Shown here: positions 35,101-46,433 of the stretch, piece after piece
Position numbering within the stretch: position 1 is the stretch's first letter
Layout: each line of letters begins with the position of its first letter
Source: Emiliania huxleyi CCMP1516
Lineage: Eukaryota
DNA length: 64,000 bases
Direction of reading: 5' to 3'
Assembly (NCBI RefSeq): GCF_000372725.1
Contig: NW_005201269.1
Coordinates: 62,001-126,000, forward strand
Notes under the pieces: generated by a model
Seen by the model: only the letters and a program-made list of their open reading frames with translations
Told to the model about the DNA's origin: nothing
Databases searched by the model: none
Made by a program: the position numbers and the translations under genes

Positions 35101-35871
35101 GGGGAGATAGCGGTCCTTCGCCGAGGGGCAGCTCGCGCGCGCTCAGGCGGAGATCACGAGCGAGCAGTACGAGGAGATCAAGAAGGTCTTCTACCACTTC
35201 GACAAGTCCAAGGACGGGCTGCTCCTATTCACAGCTGTTCTATTCACAGCTCTTCTATTCACAGCTCTTCTATTCACAGGACGGGCTGCTCAACCAGCTC
35301 GAGTTTGCGGCCGCCATCAAGGCGATGGACTTCGAGATAGCGGACCACGAGCAGGAGCCGACTTTCCTCCGGTTCGCCAAAGAGGGGCAGCGCGCCGAGG
35401 AGCCGGCGGCGATGACCATCGACCTGAGCGGCTTCACCACCTTCGTGCTCCAGCAGTACAAGGACAACGACACCAAGGACACCCTCTTCGCGGCCTTCGA
35501 GACGGCACGCCGACGGCGACGGCGCGCCGCGACACCGCCCAAGGCGCCGGCCCTCACGCCGAGGCTGGGCGAGAGTAGGTTGCAAACGGCAAGGACACGC
35601 TGTCCGCCGAGGACATCCGTGCGGCGATCCCGCAGGAGGAGGCGAGCCGCACGGGCTAGCCGAGAGGAGTTTGCCCCAGAGTAGTTGGCGGCCCGCAGGA
35701 GGCGAGCGAGCACTGCTGCTGCAAGAGACGGGCGCTGCGACCCTTCCCCCCCCCCCCCTCCCCCCGTGCGGCGGGCAGGCGGACTACCTGCTCTCGCAGC
35801 TCGAGCTGAAGGACGGCGACCACGGCCTCGAGTACAAAAAGTTCACAGAGGCCATCTACGGCGGCACCTGA
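26747..35871 (+). CDS. Alpha-actinin-like protein (CH1-CH2, spectrin-like rod, EF hands); many exons, two gaps
   Basis: QIKSFTAWVNLHL, DFGDGIKLLRLVEII, KVENLN, TLILGMVWSLILRY, AKEGLLLW, NLNHAFDLA...IPKLLD, PDEKSVMTYV, DNPYT, ITSEQYEEIKKVFYHFDK, LEYKKFTEAIYG. Confidence 0.9.
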
Positions 35872-37080
35872 GGGGAGGGGGGGAGAGCAGGCCCACACGG
35901 CAGCATGTGCATTAGACAAGGGCGTCGGCCCACCCCTCCCCCCCGCTCCCCGCTCTCCGCCACTCCTCTGCTCTGCCAGGGAGCGTGCGGCTGGGGACGG
36001 GCGCGGTGGCGTAGCAGTCTTGTGGAGCGTATTGCGTCGAGCCAGCGGCGCAGGCTGCTGCGGCGACCGCCGCTCCGCCGCACGGAGGCGCACGCATTTC
36101 CGCGTGATCGGTCGGTGTCACGAGGGAGAGAGCAAGCTAGACGAGCCTTTGTGTACAAACAATGTGTTTTTCGAGCGCCGCCGCAGGGGGGTGCTCTCAA
36201 AAAAGAACTCATGGAATCGCCCCCGTGCTGGCGACTCTGGGGGGAGGCGGGGGCCCCCGCCGCGCAGCAGTGCGGAAACGGGGGGAGCACGCGGGAGCTC
36301 CGGCTCTACTAGTCTCTACTAGCACCGACTTCCCGAATGATTACGGTTGATTAGAGGGAAGATTTGGAGAGATCTCGAGGAGTGCATACAGATAGACCCT
36401 CCAACCATCAGAAAACTCCGACCTGATCGGTCGTACTGACCGCCGACAGATCACTCCAGACAGCAGACAGGCCGACGTCTGCACACGCGGCCGGCCGGGC
36501 GAGAGGCTTGACACGATCCGACCCTGCGACCCTGACGCTGCTGCTCTAGCTATCAGACATGCACTGCTGACTGCTGCCACAATGTGCGACCTGTGCTGGC
36601 CCACTTGGCGGCCTTCCCGGTCAGTGGTGAGGCGCAGTTCAGAGCTGTCGATGGCGCGATGCCGCACTGGTCCCACATTGGTGACACGAGACCACCAAGT
36701 TTGCCGGTCCAAGAGAGAGGCACCGGCGCTCTCCTGAGAAAGTGCATGGTCCCTCTTGACTGCCCATGCGCGCGAGGCTGTGTAGGCATAGCCTCGAGAG
36801 TGCCAGCAGCCAGTCGCCGAGGCAGTTTGTGACGCGCATTGCGTCAGAAGCGTGCACGCGCTGGAAGGACACCTTCCTACTGGCCGTACGATCAGGTCGT
36901 CACTGAATGGTGGATACTAAGGCCGCGAGCTATGCAGGTGGTCAATTGTGCAGCATGGCACGGTCAGCAGCGCCGACAGGCTGTCGCAAGGCGTGTTACT
37001 GGTAAATCGTGAGTGGTATTGACCACTTATTTGTTCTCCTAGATGGTATGGTATGAGCAGAGAGTGGTATGGTAAATTAC

Positions 37081-37258
37081 GAAACTCCGTGGAATCATCA
37101 AATTTTCGGGATCTGAGCCGAGTCTGAGGCTGGTTTGCGGCCAAATTCAGCGCCAAATTGGCAAAATACCGGGTATTTTGCGGGTATACCTGGGAAATTT
37201 ATACTTGAAAAATAAGTATTTTGCCGATTTTTCCGATTTTTGTCAGATTTTGCCTCAG
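37081..37258 (+). repeat. Repeat family C arm
   Basis: tgagccgagtctgaggctggttt...gcaaaataccgggtattttgcgggtatacctgg is the reverse complement of ~12760-12918. Confidence 0.8.
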
Positions 37259-37790
37259 AAGTCGTGGTAAATCTTACCTCGATTTTTGAGGGGTTCTGTG
37301 AGAGCGGCTCTTTATGTGGCGCGCGATGGTCCGCGGCTACAGTGCCTACTATTTATCTCAATCTGATTATAACATCGATCTTCTGAGCGATTCTAAGATC
37401 AGGTCTGCCACCTCCCCACTGAAAACGAAAATCTAAGTTTCAAATCTCGAATAAATCTCGAAACCCACTTGAATGCTCACTGTTGCTTTTGGAATGAGCG
37501 AGCGACAGCGAGCCGCCCCCCCCTCGGAACACCAATCTAAAAGAACTCGCTCCGCCAAACACACGGCAAAAGCACGCTCCAAACAAAATCGCTAGTGAAC
37601 ACACAACTCATGCGTCGGCTCGCGTACTGAACAAAGGATCACAGCAGAACTCCCTCGCACGACACACACTGACTGGCACTAATGAACAAAGAAAGGACAC
37701 AAAGGGTGAGGGAGCGAGCGGAGGGCGTTACAGGGAAGGCATGTCTAAAGGAGCGGCGCGTTGCGCAACCCCTCGCGGAGAACGTTGCGT

Positions 37791-38211
37791 GGGCGACGTC
37801 CCTCACGGGCGAGATCCCTCACGGGCGACGTCCCTCACGGGCGACGTCCCTCACGGGCGACGGCGACGTCCCTATCCCTAATGAGCGACATCCCTCACGG
37901 GCGACGTCCCTCACGGGCAAGATCCCTCACGGGCGAGATCCCTCACGGGCGACGTCCCTCACGGGCGACGTCCCTCACGGGCGAGATCCCTCACGGGCGA
38001 CGTCCCTCACGGGCGACGTCCCTCACGGGCGAGATCCCTCACGGGCAAGAGCCCTCACGGGCAAGAGCCCTCACGGGCGACGCTCACGGGCGACGTCCCT
38101 CACGGGCGAGATCCCGGGCGAGATCCCTCACGGGCGAGATCCCTCACGGGCAAGATCCCTCACGGGCGACGTCCCTCACGGGCGACGTCCCTCACGGGCG
38201 ACGTCCCTCAC
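37791..38211 (+). repeat. 16-bp minisatellite (TCCCTCACGGGCGACG and variants)
   Basis: Over 20 tandem units directly after the oxygenase stop codon. Confidence 0.95.
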
Positions 38212-38963
38212 GCTTGGCAGGTACATATGCGCCACGCGCCCCAACCGCTCCTCTGGTCGCCGCCGGCCTCCGCGCATGTGGTGCATTTGCGCCGCTGGTA
38301 CAGTGTGCTGTGCCGGATTGGCTTGCCATTCGTCCGGTTGCCAAGCACCATCTCCCACTGCGGCCGATCCCTGGTGTAGTAGTACATCGCGATCGAGCGC
38401 CGGCTCCGGTGCGGCGGGCATGCGAGCGGGTCCGCGTGGCCGTGATAGCTATAGTCCGTCGATGAGAAGACAACGAGCCGGTTGCGCACAGGCGCGATCC
38501 GGGCCTCACACTGGGTCATCGGCCGGTTCCACAGCTCGAGCTCCCCGCCCCACGCATCGTCCCAGTCGTGGTTCAGGAAGAGGAAGACGTTGACGCGGCG
38601 CTCAAGCCGCAGCTGTCGGTGCGAGTTGAAGTCGGCGTGGATCTGAAGAGAGCCGTTTCTCAGGATCTGGTGCAGCCCGGCACCAAAGAGGGTCGGGTCC
38701 ACGATGAGCGGGCTGATCCCAGTGAGCGCTTCGAGGAAGGCGAGGAAGGGTGGGCTCTGCATCGCATGCACGACACCGCGAAGGTGTGGGCCCATCAGCT
38801 TGGGTTTGGAGTTTGCGATCTTGAGCCAACCGCCTTCTTTTTCGGCAAAGCACTTCCAACCACGCGCCTGTGCTGCATTGCAAGCCTCTGGACCCGCATC
38901 CAGCGCGTCCGGAAACTCGCGATCGATCGCCTCGAAGAGGCTCTCTGGGAACAGTCCATCGAC
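38208..38963 (-). CDS. 2OG-Fe(II) oxygenase (prolyl-hydroxylase-like), 5'-truncated
   Basis: VDGLFPE...FLEALTGI...GAGLHQI...HADFN...WGGELELW...NRLVVFSS...SYHGH...RRSIAMYYYT. The HxD...H triad and the 2OG-binding Arg are present. An in-frame stop lies just upstream of VDGLFP. Confidence 0.85.
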   Translation of the reverse strand, partial: VDGLFPESLFEAIDREFPDALDAGPEACNAAQARGWKCFAEKEGGWLKIANSKPKLMGPHLRGVVHAMQSPPFLAFLEALTGISPLIVDPTLFGAGLHQILRNGSLQIHADFNSHRQLRLERRVNVFLFLNHDWDDAWGGELELWNRPMTQCEARIAPVRNRLVVFSSTDYSYHGHADPLACPPHRSRRSIAMYYYTRDRPQWEMVLGNRTNGKPIRHSTLYQRRKCTTCAEAGGDQRSGWGAWRICTCQA

Positions 38964-39014
38964 ATTTGATTGTTTTGGGCGCTACCAGTAAATCGCCAGC
39001 ACTAAAACGGATGG

Positions 39015-39603
39015 GTGGCAGCGAAGGACGGCGATTATGCCGACGCCCTCGCCAAGGGCCACACGGTCATCCTCCTCGTGACCGAGTCGACCGGAGCATT
39101 CTCCGCCGACCTCGATCGCGTCCTCCGCCAGCTTGCGAGGACCGCACGCGCCAGTGGGTCCATTGACCACACGCCGTATGGCACCTCTCGCGCGTCCACC
39201 CGCTCACACTACACCTTCCACTCCGCCGCCATCTCCGCCGCCATCGTCACCGCCGACGCCCTCACCATTCAGAACTCGGCCGCCGCCCTCGGCTTCGAGC
39301 TCACCCTCGACCCTCGCGATCTCGCCCGGCGCTCGACGTCGGGTCGGCCGCCATTGCGGTCGGCGCCACCACCTCCTCCCGCCCCCCCCGCAGCCACTGC
39401 CGCGCGGCCGCCAATGCGACCGACCCCACCCTCCTTCCCCGACCCCGCCCTAAACGCCCCCGACAGCGAAGCCCGCGCCGCGCGCGGCACCCCCACCGAC
39501 TCTACCTCCGACCCCAGGGCCTAGGCGGCCCGCCATGAAATCTAGCCGTGTGTGCTGGCGTCCGGGTCCCAGCGGGTTTTCACGTAACAAGTACACACTA
39601 AAA
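39015..39603 (+). mobile_element. 3' remnant of a non-LTR retrotransposon with restriction-like endonuclease (CRE/NeSL-type)
   Basis: GDYADALAKGHTVILLVTESTGAF...LRQLAR...HSAAISAAIVTADALTI resembles the RLE C-terminus (KY...ETxG...LA...IS.A+...NA). Confidence 0.55.
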
Positions 39604-40406
39604 CGCCGCGCGCGCGTAGAGTAGCGGGCGGCGGGCCTGGAGAGCAGTCTCTGTATATCGGATTTTTCTACTTTTTTGTGGGGTTTCAACTATCATGTTT
39701 GAGCCATGTCGTGCACACTTGCACATGGTTACAAAGAGAGAGAGAATGGTACGCAAACATCGTGACACCCCGCGTCTGCGGCCTCGCTCTCGTTCTCCTT
39801 CTCTATAGTCTATTTCGCGGCTGCTGTGGCCGGTGCATCGCGGCGACCGGGAAAGGGTATAGCGTAATCCGTAAAGCTACCGTACGTACGTAAACTGTAC
39901 ATCGAGGCCGGCGGAGGCGGGAAGCGGCATGGAGATGCACGGCTCAGCGCAGGCGAGCACCCAGCGCCGCCCCGGCAGCGAAGGCGAGCAAGCCGAGGCC
40001 CGCGGCCTCCATCCCGGAAATGGCGCGCGGCGGCGGTGGCGGCAGGAGCACCACGGGCGGCGGCGCGGCGGCGGGCGCACTGTCTCGAGCCCGCGGCATC
40101 GCGTCGAGCACCTGGAGCACCGCGTCCGAGGAGGCGATGGCGCCAAAGACTGCGGGGGAGGGGGGGGGGGGGAGTGGCGGGCGGGCGGCGGGCGGGCGGG
40201 CGGCGGCGGCGGCGGGGGGGGGGGGGGGGGGGAAAACTCAAAAACCCATCTCCCCCCACCTCCCCGGATTTCCCCCTTGGACCCCCCCCCACAGCCCCCC
40301 ACAGGATGCTCACAATCCACCCCTTCTCGCTACTCCAGCAAACGGGGGGGGGGTGGAAGCGGCAGCAGCGCATCTCCCCACACCTCCCCGTATCTCCCCA
40401 TCGCAC

Positions 40407-41370
40407 CTCCGCCCTGCATCGTCACCATCTTGTGTGCCGCTGCGTGGTTGCCTAGTGATGCATCATGGCGTTGTGCACAGCATCTGTGAGTCAAATGCGT
40501 CGTCGCCCTCCTGTGCCGCTGCGTGGCTGCCTCTGTCGGTCGCGCCCGTGCCGTCTGTGATGAGGCAGCACTCGAATCCGCGGTCGTTTGCCTTTTCACA
40601 GACGCAAGTGTATGAACAGGTGCGCCGGCGCTACAGGCAGCACTCAAAGCCGCGGGTCGTTTGCCTCGCGCATCGTGGTGTGCACGCACACGTCCGTCGT
40701 GATGCCGCCGAGCAGCAGCCGCTGGCAGCCTGTCCACGCGTGGAGCTGTGAAGAGGCGCTGTTCACAGGTGAGTCGGCGAGCAACGGCCTCGGGTGGCAG
40801 CACGCTGTTTTGTGGGGGCGTGCCTGTAGCACTCCAAGTGTCGTGTCTGCACCAGCGAACCCACCCTCCTGGCAAGTTTCTCTAGACTGTCTTTACGCAA
40901 TGCCCCCTAGGCCCGGCGCCTGTCGTGCGCAGCAGGTGCTCGAGGTCGGTGGCAAAGAAGGAGCCCTTGCCGGGCTTGTCGATGATATCCTCGCTCGGCA
41001 GCGGCCTGAGCTCGTCGATCAGCTCCCAGCCCGGCTCGCCGCGCACCAGCACCCGACCGCACGGCCCGGGCTGCCCGATCTCGGTGCCGATCGCTGTCGA
41101 CCGCAGCCGCTTGTTCTGCGGGAGGTCAGCCAGACTCGGCCGATGGCCCTCTCGCGTGTGGATGACGCGCACGCCCGCGGCACGAGCCGCCGCCAGCACG
41201 CGCTGTAACGGCTTGATGGGAGCACGCGTGGCGGAGATATCGTAGCCCATTCGGTCGACGTAGCCTCCCTTGCCGCAGAAGTCGTGCTGCATGTCGATGA
41301 GGACCAGCGCCGTCGTAGAGGCGTCGAGCGGGCCGCCGCACGGCCAGGAGTAGGGCTGGGATCGCAACAT
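40407..41370 (-). CDS. biuH: Biuret hydrolase (cysteine hydrolase/isochorismatase family); last exon not visible
   Basis: [96 protein letters not shown]. The D-K-C triad is intact. Introns at ~40730-40919, 40592-40664 and 40452-40530. Confidence 0.88.
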
Positions 41371-41402
41371 CGTTCCTCTGCTACTACTCCTCTACTCGAG
41401 TA

Positions 41403-42333
41403 CCCCCTGTATCGGGGTTATGGGGGGTTTACGAGGTGTGAACGTGAACAGAGTAGCCAGATCGCTGTCGATCGTTACGGCACGCATGGGGGGCCTCCCG
41501 GACGTATGATCCTAGCCCAATAAGCTCCACGGAGCAGATTTGGATTTTTGACAGAATTAAATGCACTGCCCCCGCTCGGTACTAATAGTCGTAGTTTTGG
41601 GGGCGGCGCCCCTCACGGCACCACACTGACGCCGGACAGCCCGAGATTAGCCTAGCAGTGAGTGGGAATCGCCTGCCGGTCGGCTTGGCACGAGCCAAGC
41701 ACTTGGGCGGCCGTCAACCGAGTCCGAGCGGCGCCTGAGGTGGGTGCCACGGCGTCCGCACGAAGGCGTGGCGGGGTGAGGAGCCAGCGGTGGTGAACAC
41801 CTCCCTGACGGGCGCGCGGCGCGCCGGATGGTCCGCCGAGGCCGCCGCCGCCCCGGCGGCGGCGATGGGGGCGGCGGGGCCGACCCGGCCGGCGTTTGTC
41901 GGCTCCACCTACAGAAGAGCAGTCTCTGTGGGTCGACGATACTAACTCGGTAGTAACGCTGAGCGGTGCTGTGCGACGCCGCGTCGTGCGCGAGGCGACC
42001 TCCTGGGGCTACCTGGGCTGGCAATGGATGCCACCAGGACGCACGGCTAGCAGGAGCCAGTCGGGCATGCCCTGCTGTGGAGCAGAGCCTGCTGGCGCAC
42101 CGGCGATACTAACTCAGCGCGCCGCGAGAGGCAAATCTGGGCGACTTTGGAGGCGCAGTTCTCGAGCTTGCCGTCGACGATTGATGTCGGGTAAATTGTC
42201 ACTGCCGTCCGGGAAGGTCTTCTCTCAGCAGGCCGAGCGCCGTGGCATCGCGCTGCTCGCAGCGCTGTCGCGGCGCCGAGAACCCCCAAAACTCGCGAGA
42301 CCTCGATACTAACAAAGACTACGACACTGGGGG
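41403..42333. mobile_element. Non-autonomous TIR element with TA target duplication (931 bp)
   Basis: Imperfect TIRs CCCCCTGTATCGGGGT / CCCCCAGTGTCGTAGT, with TA at 41401-02 and 42334-35. Internal GATACTAAC motifs. A second copy lies at 1-539. Confidence 0.65.
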
Positions 42334-42364
42334 TACCCGTAGCTGCCCGTTCCCCCAGCTGGTG

Positions 42365-42895
42365 CCCCCCCCCCCCCCGCCACTGCCTTGCGTTGGCTCT
42401 GTAAAAAAAAGCCTCGGTTTCCAGCTGGTTTGGGTTCTGCATATAGGTAGGTCATCTCTCCCGTGTGTCTGTCTCGCGTCCACCCATACCGCGTTGGTGT
42501 TGTCCAGTCCGAGCCTGGCTGGCTGGCTGTTCTTCACCTTCCTACAGCTGGTACTTCTTGCTCCCTTGCTGCTTCGGGCGGTAGCAGACGCCTTTGTAGC
42601 CGGTGTTGCTGCTGCTACTGGCGGTGAGGGTGAGATGCGTATGCGTGATACGTAAGGGCTGGGATCGCAACATCGTTCCCCCCTCCCCCCCCCCTCCCCC
42701 CTTCCCCTACTGCCTTGCGTTGGCTCCTTGGCTCTGGAGCCTTGGGTTGGGCTCTGTACCGGGTACCCCGAGCCTGGTTGGGTTTTTTATATGTAGGTAC
42801 TCGAGTAGGTCATTTCTCCCGTGTGTCTGTCTCGCGTCCACCCATACCGCGTTGGTGTCCAGTCCGAGCCTGGCTGTTCTTCATTCACCTTCCTC
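42365..42895 (+). repeat. Imperfect direct repeat pair of ~180-200 bp
   Basis: actgccttgcgttggctc...ctcccgtgtgtctgtctcgcgtccacccataccgcgttggtgt...ccagtccgagcctggctg at ~42383-42542 and ~42709-42892. Confidence 0.8.
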
Positions 42896-45605
42896 CATAC
42901 ATACACACATACATACATCGGCTTTAGGTTTGTTGTTAGCCGCTAGCCCTATCTCGCACTCATGGGTGATGACAATTCATTGGATGAGTGTTCGCGAGCA
43001 GAAGCCTGTTTGGCCCTGTACCCCAGCCTTGGGGTTATATTATTCCAGGGGGCGACCCCTCCGGGGAGGCCGGCTTTCCCCGTGCCGGTTCTCCCCAACC
43101 AACCCCGCCGGCAGCGCGAGCTGCCGGCCACATTGAGCGGTTCGTCCGCGTCGCGCACTCGTCCCAACCGGGGGCCGCAGACTCGTTCCGCGCGCCAACG
43201 TCTAGGGTACCATACTTGACCCCCCCCCCTTGGCGCCACGTGTCTTTTCGTGCCAAACCAGCGCGATCTCGGCGGGGCGTCAGCGCCTATCGGAGGGGCA
43301 TCATGCGCTCCCGGGGCCGCCCGACGGCGCGGGCCTCTTGCCGATGGACCCAGCCGAGGTGCCCGACCAGTCGGAGTGGCGCTGACGCGCCGCGCGCGAC
43401 CACCAGCCAGCTTTCCGGCCGGGCCGAGAACGGTGTGTCGAGAAAGTAGACACTCCAAACAGTTGCCGAGTTTTTTGCCTCTTTTTGAGCGATGCTGCTG
43501 CACACCCAGCCCACCAGTGATACTAGAAGCACCAGATTTACCCCGTCGCGAGCTTGACCGTCACCCCGGTGACCGCCCACAGGTGGCTGATCGCGGCCGC
43601 CGCTCACGCTGCTTTTCGGCGCCTGGCTCTCAGAGGGCCCCTGCGGCTCTCTCTCGTCGCGTGACCGCCGCCGACATCATGTGCTCGGTCGTCCCCGCCG
43701 GCGCGGAGCTGCGCCACGTCGAATTGTTCGGTCACTCGACCGCCGGCGCGCCCGCCGGCTCACCTCTCGCGCCGCCCCTTCGCACAAAGCCCGCTCACGC
43801 CGCACGTACTCAGCCATCGGCGCGACATCACCCCCGCGCAGGCACCTCGCGACGGGTCGACGCACTCGTGCGGCTCAACGCAGAACTACGGAGCGACCTC
43901 CGCCGCGGCTCGGCGCTGCCCATGGCAGCAACAGGTGCCGCCCCACCACCCGCCTGCTGCCTCTGCCTCTCTCAGCCATGCGACCCCTCCGCCAATGCAC
44001 ACCTCGAACGCGACGTCAGATCCCGCTGCGACTGGCAACAGTCGCGGCGATGAGGCCTCCGCCAGCACTGATCGTCACAACTCGTCTGTTACGCTACACG
44101 TTTTTGCCCTGTGCAGGTGAGCGGACCGCTGCAGCCGCAGTGGAGCCGCGGGTCGGGCGAGGGAATGGCCTTTTGGCGCGGCGCTGCTATGTGCCTGCGC
44201 GCTCATGGCGCGTTCAGGGGTGCGCCTGCGGTGTGTAGACTGCGGGGCGCCGCGATAGCGCGGCGCCGACGATTGTGTCGCTCATTGTCACACCGTCGAC
44301 ACGGTCACAGTGTGTGTGCAGTGCGTCCACTCCGGCGACCGTGACGCCGTCGGCGCTCGCCTATACCGGCTAGTGTGGAGCTCTCAGTGTGGTTGCGTGT
44401 TGTACTAGTGGTGCTGCACTAGGCGGCCCGTTTTTAGCAAAAAGCAGATACCACATCGCGTGTGGTCGTCGAAAAACCGCATGTTCGCCCGTCTGGGACC
44501 TCTTCGTACGGCTCCAAAAACCGCTCCTTAACGACGACTACGCGGCCCGGCGGTCGATCTGCGCCTTCTCAGCGGTGGAGGGGATGTGGTCGGTACGTGC
44601 GGACCGCGTGGTGCTGCGATGGCTTGACGAGTGCGACTCCCAGCGTCGACTTTTCGACCCCACGGAGCCTCTGCTGCTCCGGGGGGGGGGGGTCTGCAGA
44701 CCACCCGGCCGAACTTCAGAGTCGCGGTGCTCCTCAAATACCGCTCAAACGCCCCCGATGTTGTGGAGGGGACATATGCTGATGATCCTGGCCCGATTGG
44801 TTCGCGCAGAAAGCTTCTGTGCGGTCGTTAAGGTTCGCTCCCCGCACACCGGCCCGGAAGTATGGTACCCTAGAAACGGCTGGTGACGCTGTGTTGCCCT
44901 TGAGCTAGTCCTTCCCCGGTCGCCTAGCCTCTGCGCTGTCTGGCGAACGCCTGTATGCCATGCGCGCGGACCACGCTTGCGTGGATACGTGGCTGGCAGG
45001 CTGACCCGTGTGCGGAGTAACCCGCGCACGGGGACACTTCACGGGTTCGAGTCGTCAAACATTAAGCAGCGGAGGTGTGCCGAGGGGGACCGGGAGGCGG
45101 TAAGTCGTCGTCGCCCGGCGCTGCTTGCAGCACCATGGCGAGGACGCTAAGAGGTTCCTCTTTTCCGCGCCCCCCCCTCAAGGCGCGCGATACACATTGA
45201 GCTTAGCCTTCGATGTTATGAAACAAACGCAAGGCGGACATGGCATATCGCTCTCGGGCCCACAGACATCCCGCACACCCGCCGCCCCCCGCGCGCGCCC
45301 CACCCCGGCCGGGAGAAAGGGAAGTGACAGCTTGGGATGGCAACAGAACGAGTATCTTGCACTCCATGTGCGAGGACCCGGACCAGAGGCCCGGCGTGAT
45401 GATCTCGCACGAAATAAATAAAACGGACACCACCCCAGGAGATGAGTAAAAAGGAACACTCAGGTCCCCGCCGTCCCCGCGCGGGACCCCGCGCCCGTGC
45501 GGGGCTCGTTTTGAGGGTTTGTCACGAGGGGGCCAGGCTGGGGACCAGGGCTCGTTGTGTGTGTCAAACTGTGGGTGTCGGGTTCGGCCGCGACTAGCCG
45601 GGGGG

Positions 45606-45746
45606 GCACTTGGAGCACTTGGAGTGCAGTCGGTAACCTCACATCCAGGGCCGGGGAGCTAAGAAGCGCACCCAGCGGGCCGGATGATCGGCATCGGGCT
45701 ACGGGCTAGAGAGCCCTGACCCCTAGGGGGGTGCGCGTTCGCAGGG
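45606..45746 (+). repeat. Repeat family A copy
   Basis: Matches 545-684. Confidence 0.9.
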
Positions 45747-46433
45747 AATAAATAAAAACGGACACCTCTCTACTAAAAACGGACATCTCCCTCAATAAAA
45801 CGCACATCTTACTAGGAGAGTAAAAAGGAATAAAAAATAAAATCATGAAAGTTCATAAAAAAGAGATACCGTCCACCACACACCACTCACACCAGGGATT
45901 GCTCACCTCAGTGGAGGGTGCCTCGCGCAACCGAGGGGGAGGGGAGAGAGGGGGGGCGGGGGGTAGCTGCCCAGTTTTTCTTCTAAGCAACCATAAGGGG
46001 CATGGCGCGAGACGCGAGAGAGACCGCGTATATGACTTATGAGAGTACACGGCTGTTCCCCTGTTGTACACGCCGGTCCGGCGGTCCGCGATCGCCGCGC
46101 ACGCCGCGTCCCGCGCCGCGCGCCGGCGCCTCCCTGTCCCGATTTTGCACATCACAAGGCCCGAGATCGGCCCCATAAACAGGGTTGCCAAAGAAGCAAG
46201 CGAGCCCCGCTCCCGTCTCGGCTCAGCCGGTCGCGGTCGCGGTCATGCGTCCAGCTCCAGGGAGAGGCAGAGCGTGGATAGCGTCCGCGGGATCCGCCGC
46301 GCAATGGGGAAGCAGGCTGCCCACCACGGCCGCCGCACGGGCTTCACCGGCTCGCGGCTCCGGAGCGAGAGGGAGAGGGTAGCCGAAATAAATATAAAAC
46401 GGACACCTCTACTGCGCGAAAAACATGCGCGCT

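Noticed and set aside
34800..35150. Regularly spaced direct repeats resembling a CRISPR array (also 32040-32630 and 28640-28920)
   Set aside because: The repeats are copies of alpha-actinin exon sequence, the spacers are microsatellites rather than unique sequence, there are no cas genes, and the context is eukaryotic.
40150..40360. G/C-run region as a G-quadruplex element (also 7430-7506)
   Set aside because: It looks like low-quality homopolymer-rich sequence at a read or contig junction.
42950..45100. Several 100-270-aa ORFs
   Set aside because: No recognisable motifs and no consistent splice structure.
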